DNA of 64,000 bases from Neocallimastix sp. 'constans' (GCA_050613775.1 JBODTK010000159.1:62001-126000), one strand, 5' to 3'. Positions 46,155 to 61,600 are shown, counted from the first letter of the stretch. Translations and numbers: made by a program. Notes: generated by a model not told the origin, from the letters alone.

Positions 46155-47039
46155 TTATGCCATAGCAGCTTTTTCACTAGCTAAAGCTAAACGACGAATA
46201 TTTCCAATTGTACCTGCAGCTGCTTCTTGTAAAGCTGGATCTGAAGAACCAACCATACCTAAAAGAAGTTGAACGACACCATGCTCATGCATAGTAATAC
46301 AATTATTTGCTAAAATTAATTATTTAAATATATAAGATTAATATATGATTTTTGAAATATATATATATATATATAATTATTAAAATTTATAATATTAATA
46401 TTTACCGTCCATTGATAATTGATGTAAAGCATGTGCTGTAGATTTATGAACTTGTTCATCAGGACTTTTTAAATATTTAACAAGTGGAGCTACGGCACCT
46501 GCAGATCCAAAGGCAACCTTATTATTACCCCAGCGGCAACATCTAGCAATTGCTTCAGCAAGATGTCTTCTTAATTTATCATTTTTAGTATTTGTAAGTT
46601 TAGCTAACATTGGAACTACACCATGATCTGTTATAACAGCTAAATTTTCTTCATCTTTTGCAATATTTGCAATAGAAGCACATACACTTGCCAATACTTC
46701 AACATGTTCTGATTTCAATAAACTTACAATTAATTCTAAACCACCAACAAATGATCTTACCATTTCTCCAGCATCTTTAGCTATAATAATATGATAATAA
46801 TAAAATGGAAGAATCCATGAAAAGCATATAATATTTAATATTTTTTCTTTTTATTTCAAAATTAATTATATAATATTATAGAATTTTAAATATAAAATTT
46901 ACCATGTTCAATACATGGACAAATAGCCCATGCAGCACTAGCTTGTACATGGTAATTTGGTGATTTTAATAATGACCATAAAAGACGAACACCATCAAGC
47001 TTATCAATAACGGACATACTATCAGCTATTTTTTTATTA

Positions 47040-47072
<33 letters not shown>

Positions 47073-50000
47073 GAAAGAAATTTATTAATAATCAATAATT
47101 ATTATTTTTCTATAATAACAATATTTATAATTTTAGTATAATTCATTATGTAAATATTTACAATCTAAAGCACAAGCACCAACAGCAGTAGTTACATTAA
47201 CAAGAAGAGCTTGATTTGTTCCTGTTAATAGATTAACAAGTGGAGTAATACCACCACTACATCTAATAGATTCTCTACCATCAACTTCATTTATAATAAA
47301 TATATATATAATAAAAAATTGTTAAGATATATATAAAAATATATTTATGTAAATTATAATATATAAACAATTATTACCTGTTTGAGCACAAGCACCTAAA
47401 GCACCAGCTACATTAATTAAAACATCTTCTGGTTGATTTTCTAATAATTCAACGAGTTTTCTAATAGTGTTTAATTTATTAAATTCTTTTACATTTTCCA
47501 CTATTATTATATATAATTCATTATTAATATATATATTTTTTATATTAATTAAAATGAAATTAAATATAATTATTTGCTGTTATTATTAGTAGTAGTATTA
47601 TTATTTATGTAATAACTCACAATTTTGTGAACACTTCCATATAGCACCAGTAGCGGCTACTAATAATTCTTTATTATCTTTTTTATTTAATAAATTAACT
47701 AATGGAGCTAAACCTCCGTGGACACGAACAAAGTCTCTAGCTTCCTCTATTTATTTAATTATAAAAAAAAAACAAAAAAAAAACAAAAAAAAAACAAAAA
47801 AAAAAAAACAAAAAATTATTATTATTAAATATTAATATTATTAAAACCTTTATTTTAATTAAAAAGTATATATGATATAAAAATTACCATCTTCTGCACA
47901 TTTAAAGATTGCACTAGCACAATTAGTTTGTAATTCTTCACTTTCGCTAGATAAATTTTCAACTAAGAATTTAATGATACCAGAGTTTTGAATGGCTAAA
48001 CGATAGCTTTCTGTTTATTGTAATATGTACGAATAATTATAAATAAATACTTGTTAATGAATAATTTTTTAATTTTATAATAAAATATTTATTAATTATA
48101 TACCAGATGAAGCACATTCTTTCAAAATTTCAACTACTGGAATTAATAGTTGTTCATTTTTAGATTCTAATAAATTAGCTAGTAAAGGAATTGCTCCAGC
48201 ATTTTGAATGGCAACCTTATTTTTTTCTATTATAAATTATTAAATTATTATATAATGAAAATAAATAATTAATAATTAATAATAATAATAATATAATAAT
48301 AATAATAGTAATAATATAATAATAATCATAATAATCATAATAATAAAGGATTATAAAAATAATAAGTCAATTTATATAAGTTATTTTTTACATACCACTT
48401 TTACTTAAACTTGATAACGCCATTGCACCACAAATAGCAACTCTTTCTTCTTTAGAACCTGGTGTAACCTTCAATAAACGAACTAATTTACGAATACCTT
48501 TATAATGACGTACTGCTGCTCTATTTCTTGCTATAAGTCATTATTATTGTTATTATAAAATAATATGATAATTTTAAATTAATTAATATAATAGCTTTAA
48601 AACTCTATGATATTAAAATTTAATAACAAATGGTAGTTACAATTTTTAGCACAATTAGCAATAGTTTCTGCAGCAAGACATTTTAATTCTTCATTAGAAT
48701 CACTTAATAAGTCAACTAAGGTTTTCATTCCATCAAGATCAGCAATAGCATTACGAATTTGAACTTTTTAAATAAAAATAATTTAAATTTCAGCATATTA
48801 AAGTAATAAATTAAATAAGATTTTGTAAGTAATTGTGAAAAATATATTTAATATAGAAAATTATTCGGAATAATTCTTTTAAGAAAAAAGTTCTTACTAT
48901 TTTGTGAAATCAATTGTAAAATTTTTAAAGCACCAATTTTACATTTAGAATCTTCTGTATCTAATAAATTGACTAATGTATCTAAACCACCAACATCACG
49001 AATAGCTAGTTGGTTTGTTTCTTTTTTTTTTTTTTTTTTTTTTTAAATTAATAATAAATATAGTATAATTAATTTAATAAACTATAAAAATTGCTTTAAT
49101 ATTATATATAATTTATAAAGCAAACATTATATATACCATTTAATAAATCGAAATCTCTTAATGAACAAATAGCAATAACAGTAGCTGTTGGATTACCACA
49201 TCTTAAATATTTAACTAATTTTTGAATTTGCCAATATTCTGGTGGTAATTCATCTAAATAAAAGAATTTATTATAAATTAAATATATATATATATGAAAA
49301 TTTAGTAAACATAATAAAAATTATAATTATTTTTTTATTAATAAATAAGAAATATATATTACAAGGTTCTTGTCTATTTTCTTGAGTTTCTTCTTCTGAA
49401 CTTATTTCTTTTTATTTTTAGAAAATATTATTATACATTTTATAAAATTAGATATATATATATTAAAAAGAGAAAAAAAAAATACAATTTGTGCAAATAT
49501 AAGATAATTTTTTTTTACCTGATTCTGAATCACTAGTCCATTCAGATATACTAGAAGAAGCTTTACATTGCATATCTTCAGATGATTTAATATTATTTGA
49601 AGTAACCTTTTTCTTTGGTCTTGTTCTTGTTATCTCTTTTGATTTATTACCAATTTCAATACTATTGGTATTCAAATTTCTATTAATATAATAATAATTA
49701 TTAATACTTTCAAATAACTATACATAATTTTTTTTTATTTTCATATATTATATGACAATACCTCCATTTACTATTAATATCTAATTTCTTACTTGTAGAA
49801 CTCGATCTTCCTTTTCTATGAAAATAAAATTTAAATAAAAAATATATATAATATGGAAAATTAATACTTCGATTCAACAACACATTAATAATTTAATTTT
49901 TAATAGTATTATTATTACGATTTTTTAATTGTCATTTTTTTCTTTTGCTCTGGTTTGAATTGTGTTACATTTTGAATACTGTCAGATTCTTTCTTTTTTT

Positions 50001-52177
50001 CTTCAACGAACTTTTATTATTATATTTAATATTTATATATAATATATTTTATTTATATATTATAAATCTAAATTAATTATTATATCAAATATTTAATTAT
50101 TTGAATATTTACATTTACAGGATCTACTATAGATTCAGATTTTGGTGGAGGAACAATTTCTGTAATTTCTTCCTCTGTAAAAATATCATAAAATCAAGTA
50201 AATAAAAAATAAAATTTTTATCAGATCATTGCATGTATATATTAATTTTTATAAAGTATAATGAGTGAATAATCAAAAAGAAATTATAATATTATAGAGT
50301 GTATAGAAATATCTTTTTTGTATAGTAATTAATATTAATTTATATGTTTTGTGTACCCTTTTGAGAATTGTTATTACTGACATAAACATAATCTTGGTTT
50401 TGAATCTTATCTTTAAAATGAGGACTGTAGTCTTCAAGAAGACTAATTAATGAAGGATAAACCGAACTTTTAGCTTCATAATCAATATTTTCAACTCCTT
50501 AAAATTATTATTAAAAAAAAAATTCATTTAATTAATTAATTAGCTTATATTGAAACTATTTTTATATCAAATTAAATATATTATTAAAAATTTATATTTT
50601 TAATATAAAAATGTTTTGTTTAATAACTTATTTGTAAATTCAAACCTTTATCACTAGCAACATATCCTTTATTAATAAAGAAACCATTTATACATGCGGT
50701 TATAATAATTTTTTCTTTATCTTTAGGAAGACATTTAATATAACCAAGTTCATTATAAATTTGTCTCCATGGAGTTGCACGGCAGCCATTGGCAAATTTA
50801 TAATCTTTTTATTTAAGTATTATATTTTATTATAATATAATTATTAACAATAACATTAATATGAATATATATATATATATATATATATTTAAATTAATAT
50901 TAAATACATATAAAAATAAAAAATAAGTAAAATTTTAATGTTTATATTAATAATTAACTTTAAATATATATATATATTATCATTTAAAATATGATATTTT
51001 CATATACCTGATTCCCATTCAATAGATTCTAAAGCATAATAATTTTCCTTTCCACAAAATGATTGAATCATTAATAATTCAGATTCTATTTTATTCATGG
51101 TTACTGTTTCATTTTTAACATTAGTTTCAAGTAAGCTTCTAAGCATATTATTATCACAAGCATTTAAAACTAATAACAATTTAAATCTTTTCTTTGATTC
51201 TTCATCATCATTCATATATGTTTTATTGTCCCAGATATCATTGATTTGATTATTTCCAGATATTCCAGTAATATATGAATAGAAATCCTTATTTTCTAAT
51301 TTATTATAAGTTTTTTATATTGATAGGATTTAATTAAACATATTATACATTATAAAATAACATGTATGCATAAATTGAAAATTAATATTAATATTAATAA
51401 TAAGAAGAAATATATTTAGTATTATATAATATTATATAATATTATGAAATAAAAATTTAAAAATATTTTTTTTTACCTTTAACCATATTTTGTAATTCAA
51501 TTAATTTTTTTTCACCTGCTAATGTAAGGATTGAATTTATTTGCTCTAATGTACAAGCTCTTGCTATATATATTGGAGTATCAGTTGATATATTAGATGT
51601 AATATCATCTTCTAAACTAAAAAGTGGTGTTCCATTTTTTTGAAGTTGAGTTGAATATACTATAAGACTATTTCTTTTTTTATTTATTTTTATTTTTATT
51701 TTTATTTTTTTTTATTTTTTTTTGTATTAAAATAAATTCAAATTATATTGAAAAAATATATTAAACATTATAATGAAATTAGAGATATAATATAATAATA
51801 TTATTATATATATAAAATTATTTTTTTTAATAATTTTATATTTTTTATATTTTTTATATATACATATATTTGTATGAATAATATAAATTGAAATAAATTT
51901 ATAAAATATTGTTTTAAATTAAAACAAAAAATTACTTGGATAATTCTTTATTAATAACATAATTAGCGTTATCTTGGAATATATTTGGGGTAATGTGTAT
52001 AGTTCTCCATTTTATTGATTTTTTAAATTCTGTTCTTGATTCTTCAGGATAATTTTTACAGAGGTTTTCTAAAACTGATAACAGATTTTGGAGTAGATCA
52101 TAATTTTCAACACATTTTACTAATTCTGAATCATTTTTTTGAGACCACTTAAATTGACAAGAAATAACATTTCCCAT
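46155..52177 (-). CDS. ODAD2: Outer dynein arm docking complex subunit 2 (armadillo-repeat protein ARMC4), ~22 exons
   Basis: Spliced translation includes [89 protein letters not shown] and the C-terminus [18 protein letters not shown], all recognisable as ARMC4. Confidence 0.93.
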
Positions 52178-54175
52178 TTTGAATTCGATTTATATATTTT
52201 GAATGTATCAATAATATATAAATATATATATATATTTATTTATTTTTCTTTTTTTTTTTTTTTTTTAGTTTGTTTGTTTGTTTATTGAATAAAATGTTAT
52301 ATGTACAGCAAAAAAAATAAATATCCTATTTTTTATCACTATAATAGCTAATAATTAAATATATACATAAAAATTTATCAATAAATAAATTTTTAATTTT
52401 TTTTTTTAAAATATATATATATATATATAAATTTTTCAATATCTTATTTTAATTTTTTCTTTTTCTTTTTCTTTTTTTTTTTTTTTAAAAATTATTTCTC
52501 GATACTTCACAGTTAAATATATAAATATAAAATTAAAAATTTCAAAAACTTAAATTTAATTTTATTATTAATTAAAGTTTAAAAATTATTACGGAAAATA
52601 TTTAATCTTATAATTTATATGGAAGTTAATATTTTTTAAATTATTTTTGGAAAATTTTTATTCTTTTAAAATAAAAGGAAGATAATATTTTTAGAAATAA
52701 TTTTAATATTTTATTATATATAAAAATAATTATAATATTATATATAATTAATAATGTATTTTATTTTATTTATTATTTTATTTTTATCAAAAATTGTATT
52801 ATTTTTCATATTTAAAATAATAAAAAATAATATATATATATATATGAATATAATATTTAATAAAAAAATTATTAGAATAAATTAATAATTATTAGAATAA
52901 TCAACAATATTATATTGATATAATTTAAAAAGAAATAATTATTTGTATAAAAAGAGATAATTATTTGTACAAATAATTATTGAATTATTATATATATATA
53001 TATATATAAATCTGAGTAAATATATTCAAAATTATTTGTATATTATTTAATTAAATATTACTTTGAGTATTAAATGATTATATAAATTTTAATAATAAAT
53101 TAAAAAAATTTTTAATTAATGAAAGTCTTTAATTTTTTTCAAATTTTATATAAATGTAATTAATAGTTTACTCCCAACTTGAAAAAATATAAATATATTA
53201 TATATTAATAATTATTGTACTAAACCATATTAAATGATATATAACAATTATAAATAATAATAGCAATGATAAATACTAATATTTTTATAAATATTTTTAA
53301 TAAAAAATATGTTATTATATACAGCAATAAATATTTTTTATTTATTACTTTTGATTTGATAATTAAATATAATAAATAAACAAGTATTAATTCAAAATAT
53401 AAAAATAGTTAATAAATTTTATTTATGTTCATATATAAATTTGTTTTTTACTCTTATTTCTTTGCAATTAATTTTATGATGAAGTTGTGTAACATATTTA
53501 TATCTTGTCTTAACATATTTTTATAGAACATTTTAAATTTGGTTTGTATTGAATTAATTTAATAAAACATTTAGCCATTTAGCCATTTAGTTGGAAAATA
53601 TAATTATAATGGATAAGATTTCAGTATAATTTTACCAATATGCTATCTTTATGTATATCTTTGTATAATAATAGTTTAAAATTCTTTTGAAATAAAAATT
53701 TTTAAAAATTTAAAACCTATTATTATTATCGAATAATAATTTTATTGATTTTATTAAAAAACATATATTCATTTAATTCTCAATTTTTAGTTGTAATCAT
53801 AGCTTTATTTTTCTTCCATTATAAAGTTGGTGTCCTTGTTATGAATAGTTTTTATATCTTTTTGAAATTGAATTGTTAATAATGAGTAGGATAATCTAAT
53901 AACTAATAAAAAAACAAAAAAAAAAAAAAAAAAAAAAAAAATTCAATAATATATTTAGACTATGTAAAATATTAATTTCTTGTATTATGTTAAATACCTC
54001 TATAATTTCTTTCACTTCATTCATTGATTCGACTATGCTCACTCTCGGCTGTTCTCGAACTCTACGCAGTTGTAAGCTTTGTGCTCGAGTCTCACTCGCC
54101 TACACTCGCTTCATCTCATTTAACCATTCATTCGTTAAATCATTATTATCAGTATTTTTAGGTTTAAAATCATAT

Positions 54176-54946
54176 GGTTTTTAGCATATATTTATACAAA
54201 AACTATACCTATTTAACATTTTTAATTAACTGTGCAGATTTTATATATATATATATAAACGATAGGGTTTTTATGCTTTGTATATGCTAAAACCTATACT
54301 GTTTATAATATAAAAGTTAAGTGATCAATAATATATAAATGATATAGGGTTTATATCAATATATATGCTAAAAAATACATTAATTAACAATGTAGCTTAT
54401 ATATTTAAAATCAACAATATATGTATATATTTAATTAATTAAACAATATATCATGTTTATATATTAATAAACCCTATATCATTAATTAATTAATATAATG
54501 TCCAGAATATTATTTGTATGCCAAAACTATGCAAATACTGTTCAAAACTATATCAAAACAATTATCGAATCATATATATTTTATGATCAGTCAATGCTAA
54601 AATGGGATACAAATACAATCAAACAACCATATATCATTATATTAATATATATGCTAAAACAATATCATTGTATTTGAATGCCTAAAACTAGCAATATTGT
54701 TGATATATTATAACAGTTGCAGTTAATCGCACACATATATATTTATACAGATATTAGTATATATTGGCATTCAAATACAAATATAGGATAATGGCATATA
54801 TATTAATATTATATAAACGATATAGTTTTTATATCGATTTTGAATGCCTTAAAATATGCTATTATTGTATGTTAATCATAGGTGTTTTTAGCATTGTTTG
54901 TTGATGAATATTTGAGCTAGTTTTAGTATCAAAGGCATTCAAAATC
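54176..54946. repeat. Array of inverted-repeat pairs and ATGCYAAAA-type motifs
   Basis: Inverted pairs 54176-54190/54281-54294, 54338-54354/54467-54483, 54668-54682/54766-54780 and 54836-54850/54932-54946. Confidence 0.75.
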
Positions 54947-55269
54947 AGCATTAACAATTATAGTTTATATAATTTTAATGACAGTAATAATATATAATTA
55001 TAATGAATAATAACCCATATATATTCATATAGTTTTAAAATATAAATAATAATTGTAATTTCAAAATTTATTTAATATGCATTAAAATGAACCAATATAA
55101 TATATAGAGATTATTAATAATTAAAAATTCAATGTATATACATATAATGTAGAATAAATAAATAAATAAATAAATAAATTAATAAATAAATAATTACTAT
55201 TTAAATTTATAATTAATACAATGTATATTATTAATTATAAATTTAAATAGTAATTATTCTACAAATAAT

Positions 55270-55299
55270 GTAGAATAAAAAAATAAATAAATAAACAAA

Positions 55300-55330
<31 letters not shown>

Positions 55331-55395
55331 ACAAACAAACAAATAAACAAATAAATAAATAAATAAATAAACAAACAAACAAACAAACAAACAAA

Positions 55396-55434
<39 letters not shown>

Positions 55435-55455
55435 ACAAACAAACAAACAAACAAA

Positions 55456-55533
<78 letters not shown>
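55270..55533. repeat. Compound (AAAT)n/(AAAC)n microsatellite
   Basis: Seen directly in the sequence; explains three spurious minus-strand ORFs. Confidence 0.95.
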
Positions 55534-55536
<3 letters not shown>

Positions 55537-55595
55537 AATTAATTACTATTTAAATTAATAATTAATAATACAATGTATATTAAGTAATTATTTAA

Positions 55596-55643
<48 letters not shown>

Positions 55644-56210
55644 GGTTTTTAGTCTTAAATATTATTTTTGAGTTTCAATTTTTAATTTGTAAAATTATTT
55701 TTATTTTTATTTTTATTATTTTGATTCATTTTTCATTTTTTCATTTTTCAACGAAATATATTATATTTTTTATTATATATATACTATTTTCTATTTTCTA
55801 TTTTCATTTTTCATTGATAATGTTTAAATTTTATTTTAGTTTTTAATTTTTATTATTTTTTTATATATTTATATTTTTTATTTTTTAATTTTATTTTTTT
55901 AGTTTTAATTGTTCTATTTGTTATTTTTTTTATTTTTTATTATTTTATTTTTATTATTTTATTATTTACTTTCTTTTTTATTATTTAATCTTTTACATTT
56001 TATTTATTTATTTATTTTATTTTTGTTATATATACATTTTTTTAAATTAAATTTATAATAACAAAATGTCTATATTTATTAAATTTTAGAATATATTTAT
56101 ATAATATTCCTTGAATTCATTATGGATTATTTATATTTTTAAATATTATTTTAATTTTATATTAAAAGTCAATGATTATTTTCAATAAATATTATATATA
56201 TGTATAATAA

Positions 56211-57015
56211 TTAGATTAATAAATACAAAATAACAATAATAATAATTAATGATTTTGTTAGAGCTTTAATGGATGTGGCACTACTCATAATATCTTCAGG
56301 ATCAATTTTAGTAACTTTTTCACCTGCATATTCCTCATAATTACCACCAGCTTTCATTGGTTCAACATCTTTTACTTTTACTTTTTTAGCAGCAGCTGGA
56401 GTTAATGGTACACTGTCGTATTCAAATCCAAATTCAGAACAAACTGCTTTAGCACGCATTTCAGTCCAATCTAAGATACCCCATTCATGTCTTTTTCCAC
56501 CAGTTAAAATACCAGTATCAAAATCTTCAATATTAAAATTATATTTTTTAGAATTAGCGCTAGTATATAATTTTTTGAAACTATAATCCCATTCTAATTC
56601 CGGTCTGAGTCTTTCAGCATATGAATCAACTTTAGCTTTCATTGCAACTGGATTGAAAATATGTTTAACAATAGAAACTAGATAAGCTTCAAACATACCC
56701 TTAGTTAAACCACCAGAAAGGAACTTATCAACAGCATAACGATTTGGTCCATCACTTCCACCAATATTCCAAGTACGATTAACATCTTCAGTATAAGATT
56801 TTGATGGGAAATCCTTACCATATCTATTAATATCATCACTTAAACCACAACCCCAAGTTAAATCAAAATCTTGATCAACAAAGTAAAATTTAAATGTATT
56901 TTCAGTTGATTCTTTTGGATCATCATACATTACAAAATTAGTAGTATAATACCAATAAGAATCCCAATGACCAGCAAGATATTCAACCTATATAATTAAT
57001 AATTTATATAATATA

Positions 57016-57051
<36 letters not shown>

Positions 57052-57781
57052 TTTTTTTTTTTTTTTTTTTTTTTTTATGAAAATGATGATAATGATAAAA
57101 ATATTTCTATACATACAGCTAATGCTTTAAAGAATATATCTAAATCGAACCATGTTTTACTAAAATTTTCAATAGAAGATTTATCATTAACATCAACAGC
57201 AGCCATTGCTTTTCTTAAAGGTTCAATTCTTGAATTATTACCATCTTCAAGAGGTATAAATGATGAAAGTTTTTCACCGACGTCAAAATCAGCACCAGTT
57301 GCACAATCTAATGGAAATCCAAGTTCACTTGAAGATACGGATATCAAACCAGTCTTTTCATCACCATAGAATGCTGATCTAATGAATGATTTAGTAGTAA
57401 CATCTTCTTGTAAAACATAAAGACCAACTGGGATGCCATCCGTATACACACGAACAGCAACTGATTCATGCGTTGGATTTTCAATGGCATGAAGGATATC
57501 AGAGTATATTATTTGTCTTATAAAAGCTGGATCTTCGGAGCTAGCTCTTAACTTTAAAACACTACGTTTTGTTGGAGTTTTATTTTCAGCGTCTCCAGGT
57601 AATCCAAAACGTAGTTGAAATTTATCTTCATTACGATTTTTACATGCTACTGGAACATTCTAAATAAATGTTATTATAATATTTCCATATTTAATGAATA
57701 CATATTTTATAAATATTAAAAAATGATATATTTCATTATTTTATAATTTATAATTTTATAATTTTATAATTTTTAAATTTT

Positions 57782-57820
<39 letters not shown>

Positions 57821-58644
57821 ATAATATATTTATAATTTTAAATAAAAAATAATATTTATATTATAAAAATTATAGAATTCAATTTATTTATTAAAAGAAT
57901 TTATCATATTTTAGATATTATAAATAATAATATTAATTTTATAATTATACAATGAAGTAATAAATATAGTAAAATATATATGATAAATAAAATTAATCTT
58001 ATATTTACATTGAAATAATGAATATTATCTTTTAAATAAAAAGTCAGTTTCGTAAAATAACTTGTACCGTTTGGTGCATTTTTAAAGAATTCTGTACCAC
58101 CATCGATATAAACTGTTGGAATATATGAATCATCGAAAAGTTCTTGTTTACGAATAGAACGATTCCATCTTTTATTTGTTGGAAAACCAAATTGATATAA
58201 TTGTTTTATTGTTTCTTTACGACCAAAGAAATCATTATAAGTTCTATCCTTTAAACTATCATCAAAATCTCTTTCGAAATTTTCATCTTTTCCATCAGCG
58301 ATATAATGATATCTATATTTATATATTATATTTTATATATTAATTTCATTGATATTTATTAATAATTTAGGTACTAATTTTAACAAAATAAGATTTAATT
58401 TCAATTCATCTAGTGTTAATTTAATTAGAAATTTTTATTAAAATATTCATTACTTTGTACTGCTTGATGCTTCCGCTAAACCCATAAAGTATGGTAAATC
58501 ATCATATTTTGACATAGGAACCACTTTACCATCAACATTTACAGAAACTTTATTACAATTTATACAAATAACTCTAAAATTTATATTAGCAGCATGTGTA
58601 TATGCTGCCAATATTAAAATACTTAATGATTTTAAAAATTTCAT
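56211..58644 (-). CDS. cotH: CotH-family secreted atypical kinase with predicted signal peptide and GPI-anchor signal (4 exons)
   Basis: Exons 58644-58454, 58313-58009, 57659-57117 and 56987-56211. Motifs YNDFFGR, LFDDSYIPTV, LKLRASSEDPAFIRQ, GLYVLQE, EYLAGHWDSYW..NF and DQDFDLTWG. Hydrophobic N-terminus and SSA..LIIIIVILYLLI C-terminus. Confidence 0.9.
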
Positions 58645-61600
58645 TTTTCTTTTATTGTATTTATGTATTTATATATATATAATTTTCATTTAAATTTCTA
58701 TTAGTTTATATATTTAATATATTTATTTTTATTATGTTATTGTTATTTCTATTATGATATCTATTATGATAAATGATTGTAAATATCAAATATACATTTA
58801 TATAATATTAGATTTTTTATTTTTTTTTAAGAGACAAAATATTTAATTTTTTTTTTTTTTTTTTTCTTTTTTTTTAATATTAAAATTTTTTTATTATTAA
58901 AATTATTTAAATATGAAATATATATATATATATTAAATATGAAAAATATATTATATGTACATATTCATATATATATATATATATATTTTTTTTTTTTCCA
59001 TACAATTTTTTATATTTATTCAAAATTAATTTTATTTCATTTTTATTTATTTATTTATTTTATTTTTTTTTATTTTTATTTTTTTCCAAATTTTGTTAAT
59101 TTATTTTTAATTTTTATTCTTATTTTTATTCTTATATTTTATTTTTATTTTAATTATCATTATAATAATAACAATAATAATAACAATTTAGTATTTTATT
59201 TGAAAAATAAATATAATACTAATATTTATAAATATTATTTTATTTTATTCTTCTTATAAATCCTTTAATCAGGTATATAATATAAATGGGCTTAACCTTA
59301 TTGTCATTATATATATTTTATATATATTTTATAAACTTCTATGATATAAATAAATAAATACTTATAGTTCATAAAATTATTTGGATATAACTATAAATTT
59401 ATTATTATTGCCAAAAATTATAACTACCAAAAAAAAAAAAAAAAAAAAGGATTTTAACTTAATAAAATGAGTAGTATTGAAATATTATTTACTTTAAATA
59501 TATTCAATAAAATATGAATATGTAAAAAATTTGAATAAAATATATATAAATACGATAATAATGTTCAAACAACCAGGTAATTTTTTTATATATATAAATA
59601 TATCAACTTCAATGAATAATTATTTAATAATAAATTATAAAAAAAAAATGCTATGAAGTATTTTTTTAAATTAAATTATTAGTTAATAATATAAAATTTT
59701 AAATAAAAAAATTATGATATACAAAGAGATATTAAATATATTTATAATATATTTATAGCATATATTTCATTTATTAAAAAATGATTAAAATTTATTCAAT
59801 GAAATTTTTTTAAAAAATATCGGATTATTATATTAAACTTTAATATATTATATTATTAATTATTTATAGTTTTATTATTAATAATTATTCATAATTTTTA
59901 AAAATTTTTAATAAAACAATATTAAATAAAGTTTTACTTCGAACAAGGAAAATGTTTTGTGTAACAAACATATATTTTGTCATTCTTTTTTAAATTTCTA
60001 ACCGTATTTTTTAATAAATGTTCCTTTTTATTTTAAGTTAATTTTTTTAGATATAAAATAAACGAATAATATTAAATTTATAGTATAATAAAAACATTCA
60101 GAAAAAAAGCACATGTAATATTTTAATATGATACACATCAAATAAAAATTTTAAAACTCTTTAATTTGTAAAGATTTAAATTAAAATCATATCGAAAATA
60201 TGTGAAGTATACATAATAAAAAGAAATATAATATTAAATTTTAATATAAAAAATTAATAATTTCACTATACTCATCTTGTTTCTTTAGCAACATTTTAAA
60301 ATATATCATATTTTTTTTATCTTTTATTGAAATAATTATATCTCTATATTTTAAGTTGTGGTACATATTAAATATTTAATATAAACTTTAAATTAAATTA
60401 TTCTTTGTTTATATATTTGATTTAATCTTCTTCTTCTTAAAATCTTCCAATACTTGGCCTTGGGTTTTTATTAATGTTTTTAAAGAAACAAAAAATAAAG
60501 AATTTTTAGATAAGAAATACCAATAATCATTTTTATATTTTACTATAATCTTTATTTTTATTTATTAAATTTATTATAAGCAAAAATTTAAAGAAAAATT
60601 CATATTATAATAATTATTATTATTAATTTATTTATAAAATGAATTAAGTATAAATATTAATATATTGACTGCTCTTGAAGTAATATATGAATGTAGCAAC
60701 TCATTAAAAAAAAAAAAAAAAATTAATAATTGCAAAATTATAATTAAAGCATAATTATATATATTTAATTCTACTAAATAAAATTGACTATATAAGCATT
60801 TATATAAAAAATATTTTTTTATTATTAAAACTTAAAAAATGATAAATTTTTAAAATAAGAAATAAATATATTTATAAATTATAATTATTTATACATACAT
60901 AATTTTTTTTTTCATATAAATAAATAAATTATTATATTATCTAATATTACATATAAAAGTGATAAATGAAAAGATTTATATATTATATATGAACATATTT
61001 CAATTTAGAAGGTAATACACTTTTACTTTAATATTTTAAAAATATTTTGAGTTTAACAAATTAAATATTGATGAATATTAAATATTAAATATAATATATA
61101 TATATATATTTTTTTATAATACGTATATATTTTTATTATTAATTTTTATAATATATAATTAAAATTTGTTACAACAAATAATTAATTATTAAAAATTATA
61201 TAATAATAAATTTGAAAATGTAATTTCATTATATGTTAAATAATGAAAAAATAAATTTTAAAAATTTGAAATTATTATATTTAATTTCATCATTATTTTA
61301 AATTTATTCCATATAAAAAAAAAAAAAAAAAAAGAATAAATTAAATTTTTTAATGAAAAGAAAAATTTAATATAAAAATTAATTTATCTATATAAAAGTA
61401 TCAATTTTTCTCTCTCATATGTTTCCGTTTTTTTTTTTTTTTTGTTAAAATAGTTTTTATTTTGTAGTATGGCTATATTTTTCAAAAATATAAAAACTTT
61501 TGATTAAAATAAAAATATTTGCTAAAAAAATAGGTGAACTTTTTTTTTTTTTTTTAAACTAATTAATAAAAAACTTTTTAAATAAAAAAAAAATTTATTT

